NCBI GenBank assembly: GCA_964577565.1
Contig: CAZNZL010000001.1
Coordinates: 206,566-270,565, forward strand
Direction of reading: 5' to 3'
DNA: 64,000 nucleotides
DNA from: an uncultured Candidatus Saccharibacteria bacterium
GTDB lineage: Bacteria > Patescibacteriota > Saccharimonadia > Saccharimonadales > JAGQNJ01
The notes beneath the pieces were generated by a model, which searched no databases, was not told the origin of the DNA, and was given only the letters and a program-made list of their open reading frames with translations. Below are positions 17,101 to 25,543 of this stretch, in pieces. The translations under genes and the position numbers were made by a program. Each line of letters begins with the position of its first letter. Position 1 is the first letter of the stretch.

Positions 17101-17658
17101 TTTACGTTTGCGATCAATCTTAACGTATATTGCGCCATTGGCGGCGGTCTCAAATTCTAACCATGCACCACGGCCAGGAATAACCTTAGCGCCGTAAAGA
17201 TTGCGTCCACCATGGACATCGGCCGTAAAGAATACGCCGGCCGAGCGGATCAACTGGCTTACGACAACTCGCTCGGCACCGTTAATAACAAACGTACCAC
17301 GAGAAGTCATCCATGGATAATCACCCAAGTAAATCTCTTGTTCTTTAACTTCGCCAGTAACTTTGTTAGTCAAAATAACCGTTGCCTTTAGCGGAGCCTC
17401 AAACGAAACATTGTTTTCACGAGCCTCTGCTTCAGAGATTTTTGGCTCTTCAAAACGATAATCTTTAAAACTTAGTGATAATTTTGTACCGGTGTAATCA
17501 TCAATAGGACTAATTTCGGCTAACAATTCGCCGAGTCCCTCTTCAATAAACCACTGGAACGATTTGTTTTGATGATCTACAAGGTTTGGTAGATCTAAAA
17601 TATCATCTTTTTGTGTAAAGTACATGCGCTGCTGCGCAGATGTGGAAGCTTTTGCCAT
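14107..17658 (-). CDS. rpoB: DNA-directed RNA polymerase subunit beta (acidic C-terminal tail)
   Basis: 1183 aa with conserved beta-subunit blocks (GRHGNKGV, NPLGVPSRMN). It ends in a DDDDDTNDEDEEE tail. Confidence 0.99.
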   Translation of the reverse strand: MAKASTSAQQRMYFTQKDDILDLPNLVDHQNKSFQWFIEEGLGELLAEISPIDDYTGTKLSLSFKDYRFEEPKISEAEARENNVSFEAPLKATVILTNKVTGEVKEQEIYLGDYPWMTSRGTFVINGAERVVVSQLIRSAGVFFTADVHGGRNLYGAKVIPGRGAWLEFETAANGAIYVKIDRKRKIPVTTLLRALGLTEARIKESFAHVDQGKDSFITATLDKDPAKGTNEALIEVYRRLRPGDLATVDNARSLLENMFYNFKRFDFSRVGRYKINKRLNLDVPNTAENRVMRIDDLVAIVAEVIRLNNTQEPADDIDSLANRRVKLVGELVQRQFRIGLLRMERNTKDRMSMSEIETVTPGQLINARPVVAAVREFFASSQLSQFMDQINPLSELAHKRRLSSMGPGGLSRERAGFEVRDAHATHYGRICAVETPEGANIGLVLNLGMYARINEYGFIETPYLKVQNAVTPKEAVGHIARVNLEDENGKVLVKAGSTITAADVKKLASVKNQKSWPVKAKVTKKVEYLDAAEEEQAVIASGSEELTDERYFVNERVSARNRLISGEVDADDITHIDASKRQIIGSSAGLIPFIEKNYVYRSLMGSNQQRQAVPLISPSRPIVGTGLESVVARNTGQLVQAEEDGEVLSATASEVIVKYKNAGKVHYYPQHFVRSNEGSCINQRVVVNSGDKVKTGDILIEGMSIDGGELALGKDVIAAFMPWKGYNFEDAIIVSRRLVEDDTLTSIHIVDYMTEVRETKLGPEIVTRDIPNVSEEALRHLDEDGIVRIGADVHPGDILVGKITPKGEQELSSEERLLRAIFGEKAKDVRDTSQRMSNGKHGKVVGVKVFSRENGHELKAGVIMQIQVFVAQMRKIAVGDKLGGRHGNKGVIARILPVEDMPFMEDGTPVDILLNPLGVPSRMNIGQLFETHLGMAARALGIHVASPSFNGVPISKIQDLLKEAGFPEDGKQQLFDGRTGEPFSERTTVGSMYMIKLNHMIVDKIHARSTGPYTMVTQQPLGGKAQNGGQRFGEMEVWALEAYGAANTLQEMLTIKSDDVYGRSKAYESIIKGTEIVGPKVPESFNVLVKELQGLGLKVDLIASETTVDAEAILAENIKDEAVNQSEVDVPAPEVSEIDVTAAEGIDEFDLIELDDHMPAGVAAASADDDDDTNDEDEEEAK

Positions 17659-17860
17659 AACTTCTAGCCACTCTCCTTAGACGTGCCCTCTAAAAAAGAC
17701 TGGTCTTGTTGATTTTCAACACCCAAACACCATGAAAATCGCCAAAAGATCAGTTTACCGGGCTTAATTATTGATAACGCGCACGAAGATCCTAAGCTAT
17801 ATTGGGCTACTACCGAAGGGTACCAATAGCAAAGCCCGCTTACCCTACTTCTTGAACTAT

Positions 17861-17889
17861 AGTATGGGGCCCTATTACAATAATGTCAA
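17861..17889 (-). promoter_or_regulatory. Putative rpoB promoter (TTGACA-N17-CATACT)
   Basis: Reverse complement = TTGACAttattgtaatagggcccCATACT, starting 6 nt after the clpP stop. It implies a roughly 200-nt leader. Confidence 0.4.
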
Positions 17890-17895
17890 GCTTCT

Positions 17896-18489
17896 TTACG
17901 TTAATACCTTGTCAATAAGGCCATATTTTTTAGCTTCTTCGGCGCTCATCCAGAAATCACGCTCAACATCGGTTTCTATTCTTTTAATTGGCTGACCGGT
18001 GTTTTTTGCTAAAATTTGGTTAAGTAACTGCTTTAAACGCAACCCTTCTTTAAGGTCAATTTCCATATCGCTCACACGCCCTCGCGTACCGGCAGAAGGT
18101 TGGTGAATCATGACGGTTGCGTGCGGCAATAAGTAGCGTTTGCCCTTGGCACCCGAACTAAGCAGAAAGGCTGCAGCACTTGCCTGAACGCCAATACCAA
18201 CGGTTTGGACATCGCTTTTTACGTATTGCATGGTGTCATAGATTGCAAACGCATCGTAAACACTGCCACCAGGGCTGTTTATATAAAATTTAATGTCTTT
18301 TTTTGGGTCTTCATTTTCTAGAAATAACATTTGTGCTACCACTAAGTTAGCGGTATGCTCATTTACCTCGGTACCCAAAAAGATTATACGGTCTTTGAGT
18401 AAGCGCGAATATATATCAAACGCGCGCTCTACACGTCCCTCATTCTCAATAACCGTTGGAACTAGAACTGAATTTTTTGTATGTATCAT
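17896..18489 (-). CDS. clpP: ATP-dependent Clp protease proteolytic subunit
   Basis: Catalytic Ser ([10 protein letters not shown]), His (MIHQP) and Asp ([10 protein letters not shown]) contexts are present. The start is set at MIHTKN (18489), which has AAGGA upstream. The track's longer ORF would read through the CIRCE/promoter. Confidence 0.95.
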   Translation of the reverse strand: MIHTKNSVLVPTVIENEGRVERAFDIYSRLLKDRIIFLGTEVNEHTANLVVAQMLFLENEDPKKDIKFYINSPGGSVYDAFAIYDTMQYVKSDVQTVGIGVQASAAAFLLSSGAKGKRYLLPHATVMIHQPSAGTRGRVSDMEIDLKEGLRLKQLLNQILAKNTGQPIKRIETDVERDFWMSAEEAKKYGLIDKVLT

Positions 18490-18524
18490 CTGTGCATCCT
18501 TATACGTTATAAATACATACCTTA

Positions 18525-18554
18525 AGTATAGCCAAATTAGCACTCGTCAGTCAA
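18525..18554 (-). promoter_or_regulatory. clpP promoter (TTGACT-N18-TATACT) overlapping CIRCE
   Basis: Reverse complement = TTGACTgacgagtgctaatttggcTATACT. The -35 box lies in the CIRCE spacer. Confidence 0.6.
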
Positions 18555-18563
18555 GAGTGCTAA
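18537..18563. promoter_or_regulatory. CIRCE operator (HrcA binding site), perfect consensus
   Basis: TTAGCACTC-gtcagtcaa-GAGTGCTAA matches TTAGCACTC-N9-GAGTGCTAA exactly. Confidence 0.85.
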
Positions 18564-18779
18564 TTTATTATGCTCTGCTTTTTCAAATGCAGCTAACAAA
18601 TCATACGCCTCTTCATTGCAACGAGCCTCAGCAATAACACCAATGAGAATTTCAAGAGAATGTCCTTGAGTTATAAGTGCCAAGCCAAGTGTCTCGACAT
18701 CATAACGTGTAATTACGTTATGTTCGGGGCGGTATCTGAAACTTGCTGTAGATGGTGTCTCATGAGCGTTTTCACTCAT
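18537..18779 (-). CDS. Hypothetical protein (80 aa) between tig and clpP; uncertain
   Basis: The ATG overlaps the tig stop (TAATG). The last 9 codons (KLALLTDEC*) are the CIRCE sequence itself. No recognisable domain. Confidence 0.35.
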   Translation of the reverse strand: MSENAHETPSTASFRYRPEHNVITRYDVETLGLALITQGHSLEILIGVIAEARCNEEAYDLLAAFEKAEHNKLALLTDEC

Positions 18780-20068
18780 TATTTTTTAGCGGTTGCGTTG
18801 TCTATAAGCATTCTAACGGTTTTTTCCGTTACCAGGCGGGAAGCTATTTCTTGACGGGCTGAAGGCTTATCAAGCTCTGCTTGCATGGCTGCATCTTGGT
18901 ACTGTGCTTTAAGAAGTTGTAACTGCTGATCGATCTCTTCAGGTGTTACATCAACACCTTCTTTCGATGCTATTTCTGCCAATACCAGGCCCGTTTTGAC
19001 TCTTCGTTCTGCTTCAGGACGAAGTTCTTTCGCAACAAATGCATCTTCGGTTGTACCCTCAGCTTCAAGCATCTCTTGCCAGGTTTGACCACGATAGGTC
19101 AAATTCTGCCGGACTTCTGTTTTAAGACGCTCTGTTTGCTCGTCAACCAGCTGCACAGGCAAGCTGACGTTGCTTTGATTGACAATTTCGCTAACTAGCT
19201 CATTTTGTAGCTGGCTGTCAGCTTGTTTTTGTTTTTCATGGTGCAGCTGCTTTTTAATGTCGGCTTTAAGATCTTCAAGTGTTTTGAATGGCCCAACCGT
19301 GCTTGCAAACGCATCATCAATCACTGGTTTTGTTATAGCATGCACTTTCTTTACTTTAACGGTAAACGTAACTTTCTTATTTGCAAGGGTTTTTACGCCG
19401 TAATCTTTCGGAAATGTTAATGTAAACGTTTTATCATCACCCGTTTTCATACCGACCACGTTATCTTCAAAACCTGGAATAAAGCTATTGCTGCCAAGCA
19501 CCAGCGGATAATCTTCGGCTTCGGCACCATTAATCGGCTGCTTCTTTGCATCTTCGCCCTTAAAATCAATAACGACTTCGTCACCTGATTTAGCGGGACG
19601 CTTAACTTCTTCGCGCTTGGCGGCTCTTTCGCCTAGGCTTTCAATCACCCCTTGCACATCTTGTGCTAATATTTTGACCGTCGGTTTCGTTTTTTTAATT
19701 TTTGTATAGTCGGGTAACGTTACGGGCCCTAAAATTGTAACTTCCGCCTTGAACTCAAGCTCGGTATACGGTACAAATTTTTGTAATTGCACATTGGGGT
19801 TATCAATAGGGCGGAGCTTTGCCTCCTGAAGTGCCTTTTGATACAAGTGATTAATTGCCTCTTCTACGAATTCGGCTTGTAACTGGTTTTGATCAACGTG
19901 CTTTTCAACAACTGAAAGCGGCGCCTTACCGGCACGGAACCCGGGCAACTTTATTTTTTGAGCAAAATGCGAAAGAGTGTGCTGTTTTATGGCGTCTAGA
20001 TCAGATTGGCTTGCCTTAATGATTAGATCTATGTGGGTAGGAGATTCTTGTTTCTTCGTTACGTGCAT
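18779..20068 (-). CDS. tig: Trigger factor
   Basis: 429 aa with the N-terminal GFRAGKAP ribosome-binding signature and a central FKBP-like region. Confidence 0.95.
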   Translation of the reverse strand: MHVTKKQESPTHIDLIIKASQSDLDAIKQHTLSHFAQKIKLPGFRAGKAPLSVVEKHVDQNQLQAEFVEEAINHLYQKALQEAKLRPIDNPNVQLQKFVPYTELEFKAEVTILGPVTLPDYTKIKKTKPTVKILAQDVQGVIESLGERAAKREEVKRPAKSGDEVVIDFKGEDAKKQPINGAEAEDYPLVLGSNSFIPGFEDNVVGMKTGDDKTFTLTFPKDYGVKTLANKKVTFTVKVKKVHAITKPVIDDAFASTVGPFKTLEDLKADIKKQLHHEKQKQADSQLQNELVSEIVNQSNVSLPVQLVDEQTERLKTEVRQNLTYRGQTWQEMLEAEGTTEDAFVAKELRPEAERRVKTGLVLAEIASKEGVDVTPEEIDQQLQLLKAQYQDAAMQAELDKPSARQEIASRLVTEKTVRMLIDNATAKK

Positions 20069-20076
20069 GAGTTACT

Positions 20077-20085
20077 ACTCTAACA
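20077..20085 (-). promoter_or_regulatory. Extended -10 (TGtTAGAGT), 8 nt upstream of the tig ATG
   Basis: Reverse complement of 20069-20085 = TGTTAGAGTAGTAACTC, then ATG. Confidence 0.4.
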
Positions 20086-20113
20086 GATAGAGCTACATCA
20101 GTCCAGATGTTGG

Positions 20114-20575
20114 TTAAGAAAAAAGCAATCTGTTGAGTAATAATACCGCTGCGACAAACCATATAATCTCAATAATCCAGCCAGAAGATAACTCCCACTG
20201 CTGAATTTTTTTATGATAATAGCGCATTTTATCCCAATGCTTTTCTTCACCCCGCAAGTCGTTCTGATAGTGTTTTAACCACATTATATCGGGTACTACT
20301 GCCAACAACGCACCTAACGGTAGAAGCCACCAATCTATACCCACGCTATGACTTGCAAAAGAGACGGCAACAAGTATGGCAATCAATAACACCCCGTCAA
20401 AGGTCAAGATGCCAGTAAATTCTCGGCTGCCTGCTTTTGCCTTGGTGTGGGCTCCAAAATGAGGCAGTGAATCTAAGGCAAAATGTGACATTAACGCGAG
20501 CGGCAAACCAATAATTGGGTTTGTAACTGCTGCAACAATTATGGCACCGGTGACGGCATGATTCGTAGCAGTCAC
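20114..20575 (-). CDS. Membrane protein, possibly a YdjM/DUF457-like membrane-bound metal-dependent hydrolase
   Basis: 153 aa, multi-TM, with N-terminal TNHAVTGAII and His/Asp-containing loops. 4-nt overlap with hisS. Confidence 0.4.
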   Translation of the reverse strand: MTATNHAVTGAIIVAAVTNPIIGLPLALMSHFALDSLPHFGAHTKAKAGSREFTGILTFDGVLLIAILVAVSFASHSVGIDWWLLPLGALLAVVPDIMWLKHYQNDLRGEEKHWDKMRYYHKKIQQWELSSGWIIEIIWFVAAVLLLNRLLFS

Positions 20576-21882
20576 GCTGTATGCCTATAGTCTTTAATAA
20601 TGGTTGCAATTCGCTCAATGCTATGCGTCTCTTCTTTGCCAGTGTGCAAATTTTTTAGTGTATACTGGCCAGACCCTAACTCTTTTTCACCAATGAATAA
20701 TACATAGCGGATACCCTTTTTAACGGCAGCTTTTATTTGTTTGTCAATTTTACGATTTGTATCATCTACCGTTACATTTACTTCCATCTCGCGAAGTAGC
20801 TCGATTACTTTCATTGAGCTTTCAAAAACATTGCCGAGAAACGCCACGTATACATCGGTCTCCGTTTGTAAAGCAGGCATCAGGTTATGTAAGAGCAAAA
20901 AATTATACAGGGTGGCATCTCCCATACCAAAGCCGACGGTCGGAACAGGCTCTACACCAAACATACCTACTAAGCCATCGTAACGTCCACCACCAAACAT
21001 AGATCGGTTATTTTCAGGATGCATGTCAAACACTTCAAATACTATATCGGTGTAATAATCAAACCCGCGAGCTAGGGTGATGTCAAACTCAATGTTCGTA
21101 ATACCATCTTTATGGGCTAAATCAAGAGTTTTTTGAATGTCAGCAACTGATTTATGTTTTACAATTTCAGCAGGTAGTTCATCAATCTTTTTCGCCGATA
21201 AAATTTGTGTAATTTTGTCTTCTGTGCCGTCATCTCGTTGTGAGGGTGCTAATAAAGCATCGAGCTTAGCTACAAATTCGCTCGCTTCGATCTTGTGCAT
21301 TTTATCAATTAAGCGAATTAATGATTCAGTTTGAACGTCATCAAGTTTAAGGTAATCTTCAAAGATGTAGTTCATTAATTTACGACTATTAATTTTAATA
21401 GTATACATCTGGGCGCTAGCACCGAACGCCTTCATAATCTCATGGCTCAGCTGGATCATTTCAAAATCTGCAGAAATAGCATCAACCCCAAAAAGATCAA
21501 CGTTCAACTGCCAAAACTCACGCAAACGGCCTCGTTGTGGGCGTTCGTATCGCCATAAATTAGGAATAGAATACCAGCGCAATGGATAGGCTAGCTCTTG
21601 CCGTTTAGCAGCTACCATACGACTGACGCTCGGGGTCATTTCAGTTCTGATAGTTACACTGCGATCACCGCGATCGGTAAAGGTATAGGTTTGCTCACTT
21701 ACAATCTCTTCACTTGTTTTACTTGCATAGAGCTCGGTAGGTTCAAGTAATGGAGCATCGTATTCCTCATATCCAAAACGCTCAACCACCTCGCGCCATG
21801 TATTAAACATCCATTTTTGCAGGCGTTTGTCTTCTGGATAAAAATCTCTGGCTCCCTTATAGGGTTGTACTGATAAGCTCAT
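20572..21882 (-). CDS. hisS: Histidine--tRNA ligase
   Basis: 436 aa with a class II aaRS HisRS pattern (GARDFYPED, RYERPQRGRLREFWQ, GGGRYDGL). Confidence 0.95.
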   Translation of the reverse strand: MSLSVQPYKGARDFYPEDKRLQKWMFNTWREVVERFGYEEYDAPLLEPTELYASKTSEEIVSEQTYTFTDRGDRSVTIRTEMTPSVSRMVAAKRQELAYPLRWYSIPNLWRYERPQRGRLREFWQLNVDLFGVDAISADFEMIQLSHEIMKAFGASAQMYTIKINSRKLMNYIFEDYLKLDDVQTESLIRLIDKMHKIEASEFVAKLDALLAPSQRDDGTEDKITQILSAKKIDELPAEIVKHKSVADIQKTLDLAHKDGITNIEFDITLARGFDYYTDIVFEVFDMHPENNRSMFGGGRYDGLVGMFGVEPVPTVGFGMGDATLYNFLLLHNLMPALQTETDVYVAFLGNVFESSMKVIELLREMEVNVTVDDTNRKIDKQIKAAVKKGIRYVLFIGEKELGSGQYTLKNLHTGKEETHSIERIATIIKDYRHTA

Positions 21883-21933
21883 AGCTGGTTATTCTTATTC
21901 TAGCATTCGTTATATAAAAACGACATGCGATTA

Positions 21934-21963
21934 CAAATAAAATACGACCTTTCCTGGTCGTAT
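21934..21963 (-). terminator. Rho-independent terminator after tRNA-Leu
   Basis: RNA AUACGACC-AGGAAA-GGUCGUAU followed by UUUAUUUG. The stem starts at the tRNA 3' terminal A. Confidence 0.6.
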
Positions 21964-22047
21964 GGTGGGCGAGAAAGGACTTGAACCTTCACGCCTTGCG
22001 GCACTAGTTCCTAAGACTAGCGTGTCTACCAATTCCACCACTCGCCC
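21963..22047 (-). tRNA. tRNA-Leu (anticodon UAG), CCA encoded
   Basis: The reverse complement folds as GGGCGAG / D arm GGUGGAAUUGGUAGACAC / anticodon loop CUUAGGA / long variable arm / T arm GAAGGUUCAAGUCCUUC / CUCGCCC-A-CCA. Confidence 0.93.
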
Positions 22048-22128
22048 AATTTAGTTCAAATCATTAATTATTTTACAACGATTAACGCTTGAAAGCTAGT
22101 CTATTATTGCGTGCAATAATTTTAGTTC

Positions 22129-22659
22129 CTACCGTTTATAAGCCTTAATAATTGCGTCGCCATACTCTTTGATGTTTACAAGGTTTATTCCCTCTAGCTG
22201 CAGATCTGACAACGATGGAGGCAATGAAAGAATGAGTAATCCACCTGGCGTAAGACGAGCGGTGGTCATTTGAAGTGTCTTGAGATTAATGTTGTTATAG
22301 GGCGGATCACACACGATAATATCAAATTTAACGGCAGGATTATTATCGAGCCAAGAACTAACATTAGCACGAGTGGCTTTAATGTCCGTAACATTGAGCA
22401 GTTCTATGTTACGGTTTATTATGTCGAAGGCATGTTTATCTTTTTCAACTGCTATAACCGGCTTAGCACCTCGGCTGACAGCCTCGATTGCTATAGCACC
22501 GCTACCAGAATATGCGTCTAATAAACGTAGGTCTTGGATGTCACCAATCATATTAAAGATAGCACCGCGTATTTTCTCGCTCATCGGATGCGTTTTATAA
22601 CCAGCCGGAGCCTCAATGAGACGGCCACCGTATATGCCACTGATTATTCTAATCTTCAT
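22129..22659 (-). CDS. rsmD: 16S rRNA (guanine966-N2)-methyltransferase RsmD
   Basis: 176 aa with LDAYSGSGAIAIEAVSRGA (SAM motif I) and the DPPY catalytic motif. Confidence 0.85.
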   Translation of the reverse strand: MKIRIISGIYGGRLIEAPAGYKTHPMSEKIRGAIFNMIGDIQDLRLLDAYSGSGAIAIEAVSRGAKPVIAVEKDKHAFDIINRNIELLNVTDIKATRANVSSWLDNNPAVKFDIIVCDPPYNNINLKTLQMTTARLTPGGLLILSLPPSLSDLQLEGINLVNIKEYGDAIIKAYKR

Positions 22660-23480
22660 GAACTTTTATACTGAATAACTTTTGCTTCAAGCAGCGCAGC
22701 ATACCAAAAAAGAGTTATTGTTTTGGCAATTGACGGCGCCAGTTTGTTGCGCACATCAATAACAAGCTTTGTCGTCCAGCCGCGTTCATAAAAACGCTCA
22801 TACATATCTAAAACAGCAATTTCTTTTGCAACACGCTTGAAAATTTCTGTCGGTCCAATTTTTTCAACCAGCGCGACATCTTTATCAGTTGGCATGGCAT
22901 TTGACATACCCAGCGGCGTAATCAATGTTGCTATGCCCAGCTCGAACAAGCCATGGGTGGTAAGCAACCCCTTTGGCCCCCATACCTTCCAATTTTTTCT
23001 CAGCTGGTCGCGGCGCGTTTTACCTTGAATGAAAACTTTCTTTTTTATGGTTGTTCTTGTTTCAAGACCTTCGCCCCTGAGCTCGCTTAATTTTTCTTCA
23101 TATGGATAATGGTGTGCGGGCGTTAAGCCGTCAACAATGGCATGTGCAAGCCAAGCCGCCTCAAAAGCAACCCGTTCTTTGTTGTCCTTCTTTAGCTCTT
23201 TGACGAGTTGCTTGTAATGATCTTGAATGAGATCAATTAACATTGAGTCGTCATCATCAAAGGGGCTGTAATAATGCCAGGGTTCATCTTTAGAGGGGCT
23301 TTTGCGCTTAATTGCATCCGGCCCTTTTCTGCCCTCAAAGTGAATAATTTCATTGGCGCTTGGAAAAGCGGTTTTCTCTGGCAACAGATATTCTAAATGC
23401 CTTCGTGCGACACGATCAAGCTTCTGATGCGCACCCATAAGTCGCCCAGACAATGGGGTTAGTGTTGTTCCTGAATACAT
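22656..23480 (-). CDS. Hypothetical protein, possibly zinc-dependent phospholipase C-like
   Basis: 274 aa with His/Asp clusters (GAHQKLDRVA, AWLAHAIVDGLTPAHH) reminiscent of the Zn-PLC/S1-P1 fold. This is weak, by-eye evidence only. Confidence 0.35.
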   Translation of the reverse strand: MYSGTTLTPLSGRLMGAHQKLDRVARRHLEYLLPEKTAFPSANEIIHFEGRKGPDAIKRKSPSKDEPWHYYSPFDDDDSMLIDLIQDHYKQLVKELKKDNKERVAFEAAWLAHAIVDGLTPAHHYPYEEKLSELRGEGLETRTTIKKKVFIQGKTRRDQLRKNWKVWGPKGLLTTHGLFELGIATLITPLGMSNAMPTDKDVALVEKIGPTEIFKRVAKEIAVLDMYERFYERGWTTKLVIDVRNKLAPSIAKTITLFWYAALLEAKVIQYKSS

Positions 23481-23482
23481 AT

Positions 23483-25525
23483 TTAATTTAGGTGAACTAC
23501 ATGTTGTAGCTCAGTAATTCGCTTTCTAATATAAGGGTATTGTAGCAGACTTTTATCTGCTGCGAGAATATGCTTTGCCTCCATGCGTGCTCGAGCAATA
23601 AGCCGTGTATCGGTAAAATCTGCAATTCTCAGATCAAGCACACCATGTTGGCTAATGCCATATAGTGCCCCTGCGCCCCGTATGGACAAATCAAGCTCAG
23701 CCAGTTTAAAACCATCTTGTGTGGTTGTAATCGCATGCAAACGTTTTGACACACCGGTACTATCGCTGAGCATTACATAGCAGTGACTCTGAACGTTACC
23801 GCGCCCGATGCGACCTCGCAGTTGATGCAGCTGAGCGAGACCAAACCGTTCTGGCGATTCAATCATCATAACGGTAGCATTCGGAACATCGACGCCAACT
23901 TCAATCACTGTCGTTGCGACAAGAATGTCAAGCTTGCGATCAATGAAGTCTTGCATAACGTGCTGCTTGTTGTCATGGGACATCCTACCGTGAAGCAAGC
24001 CGACCCGATAGTTTTTAAAGTCAGTGTTTTTCAATTGTTGATAGGTTGCTTCTGCCGACTTTATGTTGATGCGCTCGCTCGTTTCTATCAACGGACACAC
24101 TACAAACATTTGTTGCCCGCGATCTAAGCGCTGTTTAACTTGGCTGTAGACTTTTAACCTATCAGTCGGATTAATGAGTTCAGTAACAACCGGTTTTCTG
24201 TTTTTTGGTTTTTGATCGAGAATACTTATATCGACTTCACCAAAAACTGTCAATGCAAGGCTGCGAGGTATGGGCGTTGCGGTCATGCTCAGCATGTGCG
24301 GTAGGTGGCCGGTATGAGCCAACAAACGCTTTCGCTGCTCAACGCCAAAGCGATGTTGCTCGTCAATAATAACCAGACCAAGATTTCGAATATCAACATT
24401 CTCCTGAATCAGAGCATGAGTCCCAATTAAAAACCGCACTTTGCCTGACGCAATATTTTTGTAGGCGTTGGTCTTTGCTTTGACTTTCAGGCTACCCGTG
24501 AGTAACGACACATATTTATCAAAACCCACAGGTTTTAAGGCGGCATGAATAGTTTCGGCGTGCTGCCGCGCAAGTATTTCTGTCGGCGCCATAAGTGCAA
24601 CTTGATAGCCCGCCTCAACCACCATAGCGCCTGCCATGGCAGCCACGACCGTTTTGCCCGCACCAACGTCACCCTCAAGTAACCTGTTCATGGGTTTGTT
24701 TTTTTGTATGTCAGTATAAATTTGCCAGATGCTTTTTCGTTGGGCGTCAGTTAATGTAAACGATAGATGCGACACAAATTTTTTAGCCAACCGCTCGTTA
24801 AATGGAATTTGCACGGTTGTTTCATGGCTGATCAACTGGCGGCTATAGAGACTTGCCAGAATCAATTCAAATAACTCTTCAAAGCCTAATCGTTCATCGG
24901 CTAATTCAATGTCATGATTGTTGGTTGGAAAGTGCTTTTTAAAGAGGGCTGCTTTTTTTGTAAGTAACTTTTGGCGCTTTATAATAGCTGGCGGCAAAAA
25001 CTCTTCAAGGGTTATTCCTTCAGAAAATATTGTCTTCAGATTTTTACGTATTTGAACTGACGTAAGCCCTGCTGTTTCCGGATAAATAGGTACAATCCGT
25101 GCTGCGTTTACCGGAAACGCGCTGGCCAGCTCTATACTGGGATTTGTAATCGCAAGCCGGCCTCGCTTTAGGTCAAACTGGCCAGAAAGATAATAAACGG
25201 CACCTTGGTTAATAGCATCTTGCCGGTATGGCTGATTAAACCACACTACCCTTACACTACCGGTCGAATCTTGCGCAATAGCCTCTGTGACATGTAAGCC
25301 GCCACGTACATATCTACCTTTTACATGTGTTATATGGGCACGAATACTAACCTTGCCTGGTTTTAAGCGGGCAATAGGTATGAGCTTAGAATAGTCCTCA
25401 TAGCGCCGTGGAAAATGAAATAAGAGATCCCGCACTGTTACTATCCCAAGCTTCTTGTATTTTTCACCCAAGGCAGGGCCAACGCCTTTTATCTTCTGAA
25501 TATTGTCAGAGACGCTATAGTCCAT
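23483..25525 (-). CDS. recG: ATP-dependent DNA helicase RecG
   Basis: 680 aa with a wedge domain, then GDVGAGKT (Walker A), DEQHRFG, and helicase C motifs. Confidence 0.95.
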   Translation of the reverse strand: MDYSVSDNIQKIKGVGPALGEKYKKLGIVTVRDLLFHFPRRYEDYSKLIPIARLKPGKVSIRAHITHVKGRYVRGGLHVTEAIAQDSTGSVRVVWFNQPYRQDAINQGAVYYLSGQFDLKRGRLAITNPSIELASAFPVNAARIVPIYPETAGLTSVQIRKNLKTIFSEGITLEEFLPPAIIKRQKLLTKKAALFKKHFPTNNHDIELADERLGFEELFELILASLYSRQLISHETTVQIPFNERLAKKFVSHLSFTLTDAQRKSIWQIYTDIQKNKPMNRLLEGDVGAGKTVVAAMAGAMVVEAGYQVALMAPTEILARQHAETIHAALKPVGFDKYVSLLTGSLKVKAKTNAYKNIASGKVRFLIGTHALIQENVDIRNLGLVIIDEQHRFGVEQRKRLLAHTGHLPHMLSMTATPIPRSLALTVFGEVDISILDQKPKNRKPVVTELINPTDRLKVYSQVKQRLDRGQQMFVVCPLIETSERINIKSAEATYQQLKNTDFKNYRVGLLHGRMSHDNKQHVMQDFIDRKLDILVATTVIEVGVDVPNATVMMIESPERFGLAQLHQLRGRIGRGNVQSHCYVMLSDSTGVSKRLHAITTTQDGFKLAELDLSIRGAGALYGISQHGVLDLRIADFTDTRLIARARMEAKHILAADKSLLQYPYIRKRITELQHVVHLN

Positions 25526-25543
25526 AGCCTTTAGTATAGGTTA

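Noticed and set aside
18490-18543. An 18-codon N-terminal extension of clpP in the ORF track (start at 18543).
   Set aside because: It would be translated from within the CIRCE/promoter. The conserved ClpP sequence begins at MIHTKN (18489), which has an AAGGA SD.
20397-20618. 73-aa minus-strand ORF overlapping the hisS 3' end and the start of the DUF457-like gene.
   Set aside because: It is an alternative frame inside two better-supported genes.
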